The notes below the pieces were generated by a model, which was not told the origin of the DNA, searched no databases, and saw nothing but the letters and a program-made list of their open reading frames with translations. The position numbers and the translations under genes are program-made. A stretch of 59,934 nt of DNA, filler included. It is 3 parts of 3 records of this genome, joined end to end, with 100 filler letters (N's around TTAATTAATTAA, not from the genome) between each part and the next. Parts side by side here need not be neighbours in the genome. Positions count along the whole stretch, not along the records: positions 31,172 to 53,317 come from SRR22947725_805; 2 more parts are not named here. The stretch is one strand, 5' to 3'. Shown here piece after piece: positions 33,061-42,500 of this stretch; position 1 is the stretch's first letter; each line of letters begins with the position of its first letter.

Positions 33061-33262
33061 AAACAATCATGCAAGTCCCTCGTTCGCAGAAAGAGCTCGC
33101 GCGCATGCGCAAGCCACTGTCTCACTCAAAGTCTGACGCATCTTGCAAGAAGAAGGCGCAGGTGAGCAATCTCGGCAAGGCAAAGCGGAAGTCTGCCACG
33201 ACGACGAATGCGGGAGTCAAAGGTGCCGAGACGCTGCACCACCCAATCTCAAGCACACGTAC

Positions 33263-34240
33263 CTGCTCCAAGGTATACCGCCCATGATGGCTGGCATCAC
33301 CTAACACGTCCGCAAACCCAATCACACCCGCCAGCGCGCTGGCTGCCTCCTTACGGTCCACAACCACCTCCCGTCCCCGCTCAACCCCACCCTTCCCGTC
33401 CACCAGCAGCCGCCCCACATCGTGCTCAAGATTGGAAACCTTAAAAGCCGCCCTCGCCCTCTTTGACACCAAGATACCGTTGCAGTTTGCAAACAGATTG
33501 ATCAGGGTACGCCCATCCTTGGACGGCGAGACCTGAGCCCCGTCCCCCGTTTTGTCCGCAGCCACCATGACGTCCTCACACACCACCACCTCCTTCGGTC
33601 CGAGCTGTGTCAGGCACGTCTCAAGCGTGCAGAACTGCGCATCGTCCACAAACTCACACGCCCCAAGTCTGTGCGAAAACGAATCGATGTACGCAAAACC
33701 CACCGTCCGGAGCGCGTGGGTCGCATCGTACTTGACCGTGACCGCCGCCACGATCGGATGCTCGTCCAAGAACGCATTCGGATTCGCGCAAATCTGCTCC
33801 TCCATGAACGGGTCAAGACGCCCGGGGCTACTCGCACTCACCAGCCCGAACCCAGACGGCCCCTCCTGCCAGTACTCCACCCTGTACTTGACCGCATCCG
33901 CACTGCTGGGCACCAAGAGCTCCTTCAAGATGATCGGAAGCAGCTGATGCGTCAGGGTGATGCTCGGCAGGGGCCGCCCACCACCGTTGACGTGAACCAC
34001 CTGCGCAACCGACTTGTATAGGATCCTCGACACGATATATGGCTCGTCGTCATATCCATGCACAGATATATACGATTTTCGGTCAAAGAGACGGATGACG
34101 GGAGCCCCACTGGACGATTCCGAGTCGATCGAAATCTTGCTGTAAAATCGGACAAACGCCTTGGCGTCTATCTTGTCCAGCCCACCACCCTGCGGCTCTT
34201 TGTTCGGTGTACTCAACACCACAGGGTTGGGCACCGTCAT
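33263..34240 (-). CDS. MSH2: MSH2 N-terminal half (mismatch-binding domain I and connector domain II), ending at a 5' splice site
   Basis: AFVRFY, IRLFDRKSYISVHG, YRVE, SSPGRL, VGFAYID...LGACEFVDDAQFCTLETCLTQLGPKE and AASALAGVI match the MSH2 N-terminus. Homology stops at GRYTLEQ, coinciding with CAG|GTACGT at 33263/33262. Confidence 0.85.
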
Positions 34241-34374
34241 GGAAAGGAACGAGATGGGCCGAGAGAGAAAGAAAATTTGAATTCGTTTCCTTCACGGACA
34301 GACTCGGTGGAGAGTACGTGTAGAGTACGGGGCGGGCGCGGTGCAGCTTCCTGGACTTGGACACTGAAACCCAT

Positions 34375-35547
34375 ATGTCCTCCACGCCGGGGCCAACGGG
34401 GCCAACAGGGCCAGCGGGGCCAGCGGGGCCAGCGGGGACGGGGACGTGGCCCGACCCGTCCAAAGCGGCATGGTCGGGCAGGTCTTCGGACGAAACGGGA
34501 CGTCAGAGGAAACGGCAGCGACAGGAAGTCCTGCTAGAAAGCTGTCTGCGATCCGTCCGCCACGTACGCAACGATCGGGGCCACGAGCAGCCGCCCGAAC
34601 CGGGTGGGCGTCGTGTGTCGGCGGGGGACGTACAGGACAGGCGCCGTGCACTGAAGCGGATCATTGACGAGGCGTTGGTCGAGGAGGCCGCCTCCCGTCG
34701 AAAGGTGCACGTGGCAAGGGTGCGGGGTGATAACGTCGTGGGGGCGTCATCGGGTTCGTCGTCCGGACGGCCGTCGGGTGGATCCGTCTTCGGCACGGGG
34801 CCGCGTGAAGTTGGGCAGCCACAGCATGCCGGTTTCCACGCTCAGCCCCCGTATCGGGAAGACTCACTGCAACCGGAACAACCGACACGCCAAGACCAGG
34901 GCCCTCAAGACGACGGGGAGCTTCGTTTGACGGATGAGGAGTACTTGGAGATGATCCTGCGGTTGGAGGAGGAGCTGTACCAGGATTTCCATGGGATGGG
35001 AGAGCGCGGCGACCAGCAGTGTTGGGATGAAATGGAAGATATGGACGCGGCAGAGATCGATGCGATGGTGGAGGCGCATCTCGGCGGGGGACCTGTGAAC
35101 GTCAACGGCTGCCATTTGAGTAGGCCGGTCCAGGAGGGGGTGCTGTGTCCGGTCTGTCGACAGGCCTGGCTGCATGCCCATCCCAACAACCCGTACTTCT
35201 TTTATTGTCCCGCATCCACGTCTGGAACGCCGGCCCCGCGGCACGGATATGACGCCGGTGGACCCCTGCCGCCAGCATCTCTCGAGACGGACGCGCTGCT
35301 CCAGTCTTCGCATTGCGCGATGGATCTGTCGTCAGAAGGGATCACGTTGGATCGCGTGGGCGTGCGGGTGCGAGTGTGCGAGCATGGGCACGAAGCCACA
35401 GGGTGTGGTGGCATGTTGCGCTTTGAGATGCGGGAGGGCGGTGGTTGCAGGGATAGATTGGCCATTCCTGGGGCCCAAAGGCCGCCGATGCCACGGATGC
35501 TGGTGGCCATCTGTGATGGATGTGGGTGGTGCGACGTGTGTCTCTGA
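34375..35547 (+). CDS. RPA-interacting protein (RPAIN/RIP)-like, with a C-terminal Cys/His zinc-binding region
   Basis: N-terminal 'ESCLRSVR' helix, acidic 'EEYLEMILRLEEELY' centre, and CPVC...C...H...GC...CDGC C-terminus. First ATG is at 34375. Confidence 0.7.
   Translation: MSSTPGPTGPTGPAGPAGPAGTGTWPDPSKAAWSGRSSDETGRQRKRQRQEVLLESCLRSVRHVRNDRGHEQPPEPGGRRVSAGDVQDRRRALKRIIDEALVEEAASRRKVHVARVRGDNVVGASSGSSSGRPSGGSVFGTGPREVGQPQHAGFHAQPPYREDSLQPEQPTRQDQGPQDDGELRLTDEEYLEMILRLEEELYQDFHGMGERGDQQCWDEMEDMDAAEIDAMVEAHLGGGPVNVNGCHLSRPVQEGVLCPVCRQAWLHAHPNNPYFFYCPASTSGTPAPRHGYDAGGPLPPASLETDALLQSSHCAMDLSSEGITLDRVGVRVRVCEHGHEATGCGGMLRFEMREGGGCRDRLAIPGAQRPPMPRMLVAICDGCGWCDVCL
34390..34434 (+). repeat. 9-bp tandem repeat x5 encoding (Gly-Pro-Thr/Ala)5
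   Basis: gggccaacg gggccaaca gggccagcg gggccagcg gggccagcg. Confidence 0.9.
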
Positions 35548-35552
35548 TGAGG

Positions 35553-35583
35553 AGAGGAGCAGAGGAGCAGAGGAGCAGAGGAG
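35553..35583 (+). repeat. 8-bp tandem repeat (AGAGGAGC) x~4 downstream of RPAIN
   Basis: agaggagc agaggagc agaggagc agaggag. Confidence 0.9.
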
Positions 35584-35664
35584 GGTGCTTGTCGTGTCGC
35601 TGGGACCGGTCGCCGACCTGCCCCACCGCTCCGGTTGTCTTCATTCACATTTGTCGTATCATCA

Positions 35665-37185
35665 ATGTCATTGACATTTATAAGCACGCCTTTTGCGCTG
35701 GCGATGAATGCCATGTCTCGTCCCCCAAACACGGGGCGACGGGATGCATCTTGTCTTGACTGCCGAATGCACGTGTTTCCCCCGAGTGCGTTCGTTCGAC
35801 GATACCGTCATACTAGGGATGGCATGCGTCATACCATGTCCATTTCTTCCGTGACAGCGAACGCCATTAAGGCCCAGTCGGGCGGCAAGAAATCCGCTCG
35901 GTCCTCAAAGAGCCGTGCCGTGCCCCCCCTGCCCCTGCCTGCGGCGAATGACACCAATACCCAGCAGACCATCTCGCATTCCTTCACGATCTCGGGGGTG
36001 GGACTGCACACGGGCGAGACGACGGTGGTCACGGTGAGGCCGGCACGTTCGAACGAGGGGCGGTACTTTGTTCGGGTTCCAGAGGGCACGAACGCGGGCA
36101 GGTACTCGCCACCCAAGCCGCAGTTTGTCCGGTCTGAACAACTGGATATAAATTACGGGGCCGAGGATGGGCTGGACGCGGAGGAACGCGCGCAACTGTT
36201 TTTGCAGTACATGAGTGAGCAGGGAGACCAGGGGGACGAGGAGTTTGGGGACTACCTGCAGAGGAACGTGCCAGATTTGCTGCAGGATACCTTGATATTT
36301 GCTAGTATGGATAAAGGAGTCGAGGAGCCGACCTCTAGGGGGGCGGATGAGGAAGTTGTGGAGGCCGACATCGGGAGGGCCGAGGTGTACGGCGAGACGA
36401 CGACATTGCTGCGAAGTGCGAGTGGAAACAGCTATATAATGAGCCCGGAGGCGCTTTTGTCGGCATTGGAGGCGTGCGGGGTGGATAATGCGAGGATCGA
36501 GGTCGAGGGGGGCTCAGAGGTACCTGTGGCAGACGGGTCGGCGTTGACATGGGCCCTGGAGGTGCAAAAGGCGGGGGTGCGGGCGTGTGACGGCGGCTCG
36601 GATGCCGAAAATACCGCAAAACAGGGGCATGTGAGACAGATGGTCACTGTGAGCGGAGGGGCAAGTCGGCCAGGGGCGTTTGTGAGCTTCTATCCCTCTG
36701 CGACAGGCGACATCGCCGCCGACGCTGACAGTGGGGCGTCCGAGATCGGGACAGCCATTACCGCTGGGGTCGATTTCTTCGACGATGCTGCGTCGTCTGT
36801 GGGTCGCCAGTGGGTGACGTGGAAGACGTCGGACGCATCCCCTGCTGACGACTTTGCCGGCCACTACCGATGGGCTCTGGCCCCGGCACGGCCAGTGTTC
36901 CCGTCATACGAGGCAGTGGAAGAGCTGTATGCAGATGGCTTGATTCAGGCCGGACCGGATGGATGCTGCGTGATCGCAGAGGGGGACGGCTGGTACGATC
37001 CGAATCTGGTGCGCTTCCCGCTGGACGAAGCCGCCAGACACGCCGCCCAGCGGTTGATCGGGGTGCTGTCCCTGTGTGCGACACCGGGAGGACGGGGACT
37101 CCCATGTGGACACGTCGTGGCCTTCGATGCGACCCCCGAAATGATGATTTCCTTCGCCTTGAAGCTCAAGGCCGCGCACCAGTAA
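35665..37185 (+). CDS. LpxC-fold protein (UDP-3-O-acyl-GlcNAc deacetylase-like), probably catalytically inactive and organelle-targeted
   Basis: QQTI....SGVGLHTG, V.VRPA, LLSALEACGVDNARIEV, EVPVADGSA, APAR and RFPLDE.ARH. The N-terminus is Ser/Arg-rich like a transit peptide. The start is uncertain (ATG 35665, 35704 or 35836). Confidence 0.8.
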   Translation: MSLTFISTPFALAMNAMSRPPNTGRRDASCLDCRMHVFPPSAFVRRYRHTRDGMRHTMSISSVTANAIKAQSGGKKSARSSKSRAVPPLPLPAANDTNTQQTISHSFTISGVGLHTGETTVVTVRPARSNEGRYFVRVPEGTNAGRYSPPKPQFVRSEQLDINYGAEDGLDAEERAQLFLQYMSEQGDQGDEEFGDYLQRNVPDLLQDTLIFASMDKGVEEPTSRGADEEVVEADIGRAEVYGETTTLLRSASGNSYIMSPEALLSALEACGVDNARIEVEGGSEVPVADGSALTWALEVQKAGVRACDGGSDAENTAKQGHVRQMVTVSGGASRPGAFVSFYPSATGDIAADADSGASEIGTAITAGVDFFDDAASSVGRQWVTWKTSDASPADDFAGHYRWALAPARPVFPSYEAVEELYADGLIQAGPDGCCVIAEGDGWYDPNLVRFPLDEAARHAAQRLIGVLSLCATPGGRGLPCGHVVAFDATPEMMISFALKLKAAHQ

Positions 37186-37401
37186 TTCTCATACACGATT
37201 CCTTCGCAAATTTCGTCCTATTAGGTACGTTACCACCTCTCAAAACGCGTTTTCGTGGTCTCCGCGTACCGGAGGGCGCACCGTGGGTCCAACAGCGACG
37301 AGAACGGAATTTGTTGATCGGTAAAAGTTTTCGTCCAGTCGTCTCTACGCCGCCGTAACCGCCACCGGATCGTGCTAAATCCCACCTTGTATTCATATGA
37401 A

Positions 37402-38055
37402 ATGTCTTGGACGCAGCAATATCCGCGTTTCCCGTACGCTCACGTCGTTTCGTTCTCGTCCGTAGGCCGTGATCAATCAACACCGGTTCAACACAGGATG
37501 GAGAAAAACCCGTGGTACAAGAACGTGGAGGGCCCATTCTTGCAGTGGAAGGGACCGGTTGGCATCAAGGAGGACGGAGGCGGCTGCACGCGCGCCCAGG
37601 GCCGGGTGGGAAATATGGTCGTGCACAGGGCCGCGTTCAACAAGAACGCTGCGGCGATCAAGAAGGCCGTGGAGAGCGGCGAGGACGTCAACGAGGTGGA
37701 GGGTGCGGGTAACACGCCGCTTCATTGCGCCGCCTATGCCGGATGGGAGGAGGGCTGCGAGCTGCTCCTCTCCCTTGGAGCCAAGGTGAATGCCTCGAAC
37801 AACGCCGGGGACAGGCCGTGGCACTGGGCGCAGAACATGGGCCAGAAGGGCGTGATGAGCCTGTTGGAGAAGGCTGGCGCGTCCAGGGAGCACGGAAAGG
37901 TGCTGGTGCAGGATCATGTGCCCAAGGTCAAGGACTTTTACCAGAAAGAGTGCTGGGCACACCATCCCAAGCCGCACGCCGACTACATGGAGTGGAGATT
38001 GAAGCAAGACAAGGCGGCGGAGGCGGAGAGGAACAAGTTGATCCCAGGCATGTGA
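37402..38055 (+). CDS. Ankyrin-repeat protein
   Basis: GNTPLHCAA...ELLLSLGAKVNASNNAGDRPWH. The start is uncertain (ATG 37402 or 37615). TGTAA, the chlorophyte poly(A) signal, lies at 38062-38066. Confidence 0.8.
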   Translation: MSWTQQYPRFPYAHVVSFSSVGRDQSTPVQHRMEKNPWYKNVEGPFLQWKGPVGIKEDGGGCTRAQGRVGNMVVHRAAFNKNAAAIKKAVESGEDVNEVEGAGNTPLHCAAYAGWEEGCELLLSLGAKVNASNNAGDRPWHWAQNMGQKGVMSLLEKAGASREHGKVLVQDHVPKVKDFYQKECWAHHPKPHADYMEWRLKQDKAAEAERNKLIPGM

Positions 38056-38095
38056 GCCGAATGTAACAGAGAACGAGAACGAGAACGACTATCCA

Positions 38096-39366
38096 CTACA
38101 GGCTCTGTTCCAATGCCCCTCGCGGAGGGGTGGCTGGTCTGCCCCCCATAGAGAAATTAAATCTCGTCTTCCTCTCCGCTGGCTTCAAGATCTGGAACGA
38201 GCACATTAGTGTCTCGTCCACGCTCATCATCGCCCCAGCATTATCAAACTCGCCGCAATAATTCGGTGCCGAGAAAATTGTCACCAACTGCCTCCTGGCG
38301 AAGAACTCGTACCCGTCCTCCACCACCTGGTGCGCCCTGCAAACCAGGTCCAGGTCGTGACGCTGCAGGAACTCCGTAACTGCATCCGATCCAAACGTGT
38401 ACGACACGCCCCTATCGTTGTCGCCCCAGCCAACCGTGGCCCCGTCCGGATCCGACCACAGCAGGTCGCAAAGCAGGCCCTGGTCAGGGACATCTGTGGG
38501 CCGTGTGATCCTCTTGATCTGGTCCAGATTTTTGAGCTCGGGCGACAGCCCTCCGTGCATACACAATATCTTCTCGTCAATCAAGGCGCTCACCGGAAGG
38601 CAGTTGAAACAGTCCGTGAACGTCTTCCACAGCCGGACGTTGAACCGGCGTTTGCACTCGTCATAAAAACCGTAAATCCGGTTGATCGATGCGCACTCGT
38701 GGTTCCCACGCAGCAAGAAAAAGTTCTCCGGGAATTTGATTTTGTACGCAAGCAGCAGGCAAATGGTCTCCAGACTCTGCCGCCCTCTATCCACGTAGTC
38801 GCCCAGGAAAAGGTAGTTTGCCTCGGGTGGGAACCCCCCGTACTCGAACAGGCGGAGCAAGTCAGAGTACTGCCCGTGAATATCCCCGCATATCTTGATG
38901 GGTGCTTCTAGTTCTAAGAGATTCGGCTGGCTCATGAAGATCTCCTTGGCCGTGAGACAAAGCTGGCGGATTTCCGCCTCTGTCAGCGGAACCAGCTTGC
39001 CCGGCCTGCCGCTCTTGACATCGAGAAGCCTCTCGATGATGCCATCGAGCACCGCGTTATCCTGCAAATCGTTGAAGGAATGGGCCGTGGTTAGATTGGG
39101 TGGCCCGGCGCGGTCGAGGCGGGCGCTCGGCATGGCTGGGAAGGGGGTGTTTCGAGGCCGCCGGCCCTCCACCCATGGAGCGCGTGATACGGCATCCCAC
39201 GATTCATGCGTTTCACATGTACCAGTCGGGGCACGGCGGGACCGGTGGAAGGCCCGAGACAGCGTGGGAAGGGGGAGGTGTCGTCGAAATTTTGGAGCGC
39301 TCATGCCGCGGCCTCCAGCCCTCGAAAGGGGACAGACAAGGACTCCTATGTGTATCCACGTACCAT
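38096..39366 (-). CDS. PP1: Serine/threonine protein phosphatase PP1 catalytic subunit; join(39366-39364, 39061-38096)
   Basis: GDIHGQ, GDYVDRG, LRGNHE, HGG and SAPNYC. Splicing ATG|GTACGT...CTAAC...TTGCAG|GAT yields [14 protein letters not shown], a typical PP1 N-terminus of a 322-aa protein. Confidence 0.92.
39062..39363 (-). other. Spliceosomal intron directly after the PP1 start codon (302 nt)
   Basis: GTACGT donor, CTAAC branch point about 30 nt before the TTGCAG acceptor. Confidence 0.75.
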
Positions 39367-39572
39367 ATGTTCCTATAGATAGCGAGAGAGTCGATATCCG
39401 ACGGCTCAGGAGGCTGCAGAGACACTCCCACGTTCGTGCGGCGAGACGGGGTAATTCGTTGAGATGGACGTTGCTTGTGCCGATGTCAGGTTGAGATGTG
39501 AAATTCTAGAACGCATACGCGTGAAATTTGAGTCTCAAACGCGGGAAGATGCCCCGAGTTTCAATATTCGGC

Positions 39573-42500
39573 TTACCTCGAGGAAGGCAGCCACCTCGAG
39601 TTGGCATCGTGGGTCGAGAGCAGGGGTACGTTCTCCGCCATGCATTCCTTGATCACGGCAGCCTCTACGGCGCGGGCCGTCGAGCTGCTTACGATGACGT
39701 AGAGGAACTCAGCATCGGGGTCGTGGACCTGGGAGCTGGCGGCACTGCCAGGCGAGCGGTGCGTGAGGATTCGTTCTCTAAGTTGTCCGGACGAGCCTAC
39801 GTAGAATCTGTTGTCTCGGGGTCTGCGAGCGATGTAGACACACGAGCGATTCGTGGTGTGGGTGCCGGGGAGGGTTCCCTTGGGGACGAGGTGGACGTCG
39901 GGGACGGTGGTCGCCAGACCATCTCGCTCTGGGCCGCTCAGGCTGTCCAGGACGTGCTGGCAGGTGCGTTGGAGGAGCGGGGACAATTTTTCTAGGGAAT
40001 CAAACGGGCTCGATGAGCCGGTATTGCGGGGTGCCGTGGGCGCGACGCGGGGTGCCGGGTGGTCGTCGCCACCAGGCCCGTTGGAGCCGCGTTGGTAGAG
40101 GGCGGCGGCCCGTTTGAGTGTGTCATGCGGCAGATTGCACTCACGCGCCACCTCCAAGGCGAGGCTCTCGGTCGAGGTTCCTTCCACCATTCGCCACGTG
40201 GGCCGCCTGCCATGCCTGCCATCGTCCACCACCTCCATCTTCATCTTTGTCGTGTTCTCGGAGAGTTCCAGGTCCATGTGTAGGAGGTCGTGCAGATGAG
40301 TGGCGAAGGCGCCAATGCAGCCGGCCTTGTCGAGGGCCTCGAGCATCGCGCCGGCAAGGGCGGCGCCGGCCCTTGCCTCGGTGCCCTTGCCCAGCTCGTC
40401 GACCAGGACGAGGCTCTTCGAGGTGACGTCCTGAAGGACATACTTCATCTCCATCATCTCCACGGCAAAGCTCGAGCGTCCCTCGAGCGGCGAGTCCGAG
40501 GAGAAGTTACGGAGCATGAAGGCATCGATGTAGGGGATTTGGGTGGCGGCCTCGGCGGGGATGGCGAGGCCGCAGGCGCCCAGAAGGGCACAGGCGCACG
40601 TGGAGCGTAGCATGGTGGACTTTCCAGCCATATTCGGGCCGGTGACGAGAAACATGCCGTTCATGTCGAACGAGTTTCGCACGACGCGGGGGTCAATGCC
40701 ACCCGGCCCACCTAGCCAATATGGCCACGCCGCTTTGAGGTTTAACGAATTCTTCAACACACCCTCCCCTTTGGAGTCGAAGCCCACGAGATTGGGCAAA
40801 TCCCAGGACCTTCGCTTCGATTCTCGGACGTGCGCCTCCAGAACGCATGCGATCAGAGAGAAGGAGGCCGCGCCGACCAGCTCAGGGATGAAAGGCGACA
40901 CGGATGCCGCCAGCTCTCGCAGCTGCTCCCGGACAGCGTCATGTGCAGCCACGCATGAGCGACGATACTCATCCTGCGCCTCTTCCAGTGCCAACGTGGA
41001 GTAGACCGCCGTCTCCACCTTACCGTTGCGATCGCGTGGATGCAAAAGGCCGAGCACTGATGCCTTGTCTGCGGACATCTTCGTCCCCCTCGGGAGCTTG
41101 ATCCACGATGCGTTGTTGTTTACGTCATACGCAAGGTAGGGGTCTTTGCCACTGGAGCTTGAGAATGTGGCCGCCTCTCTCGCCAGCGATACGCAGGCGT
41201 GCGCCTCGATCATGACCCTGCTCCACGCCTGTTCCACCTGACCGACCGCCAGGGGAATGGTGGAGTCCTTAACTTTTCCTTTGTATTCCTCATTCGAAAG
41301 CTTCATTCTGGTCAACACCTCTGCGATCCCCGCAAACTCCGATGGGATATTGGCAGATGTGGGCGGCTTGACGGCCGCCTCCACGACGTCGTCCACCAGG
41401 GCCCTCACCTCTGCAAGCTTGACGGCGAGCTCGTGCGCGGCAAGCCGCACGCCCGTCTCAGACGCCACCGCCACCAAGACGTTGTCGCACATGTCAGCCA
41501 GGGCGGGCGAGTCGCATGCTGCCCCGACCACCGAGCACAGATCCTTCAGTTCGTTAAAAAAGTCCGCATTGCCCTCCCGCTTCTTCAGCTTAAGCACCAC
41601 ATTCGCCGGTGACATGGCCACGAAGTTGGGCAGCGACCCGTGATCCTTCCACAGCTCCCTGCAAGCACGGTGCAGAGACATGGCCACGTGCGGCTCGGGT
41701 GGCATGAGGAGCAGCGACCGAAGCCACCTTCTCGCCGCCAGAGGCGCACCCGCAGGTAAAGCGTAGTCAAGGAGACTAGGCACGCCTCTCGTCTTGTGCA
41801 ATCCCAAGTTTGACGCCGTGGAAAAGTACAACGGCCGTGGGCGTGTCTTTGGGCTGCTACTGGGCAGCCTGCGAAACTCAGCGTCCGCTGGCATCCCCTG
41901 TCCAAGGTACGGAGTGCATGAGTTTGTGAGTTCGTGAGTGCACGAGTGCGTGAGTTTGTGCGTGATTCACTGTCGCCGGGTCTGGGCACGGATGACGTTC
42001 AACACCACGCACCAGGTGCATCTTGACCCGCTCAAGCATCCCCACCACGGCGTCTGAATCCGAGTACTTCACAATACTTGTCCCCTGCGTTCGAAATACG
42101 CTCCCCATCCGCTGCTTCCACTCCACCTCGGGCACAGAGTCTCGTAGCCGCGTGTCTGCGTCCGCGAGCAATGGCGGCGAATGCAAGTACAACGGGGGCA
42201 CAAGCCCGCCCTCGTGCAATCTTGAATATACCGCATCCTCTGTAAGCCCCTCTGTCGTCCGAACCGTCATCAACTCGGCGTCAACCTCGATCACCGAGTA
42301 CCCTCCCACCGCAGGGGAGATGCCCAGCAACGGCGGGGTCTTCTCCACGGGAATATTCACCTCCTCGTCCACCATATTGTGAAGAAAGTGCGGCATTGCA
42401 GGCGTAACAATAGCCGCAATATACCGCTCTTTCGGCGCTCGCCGCATCGTCCCGTAATTGTACGGCTCGGGAGCCTCCTCGCAAACCACCACCGACAGAC

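Noticed and set aside
33057-33287. Lys-rich 76-aa + strand ORF (also containing CAG|GTGAGC) between the MSH2 halves
   Set aside because: It has no recognisable homology, begins at the MSH2 stop with no promoter space, and overlaps the minus-strand splice signals. It could matter only if the junction is an inversion breakpoint.
34390-34434. Collagen-like domain in RPAIN
   Set aside because: Only five Gly-Pro-X units arising from a DNA-level 9-mer repeat; too short to call a triple helix.
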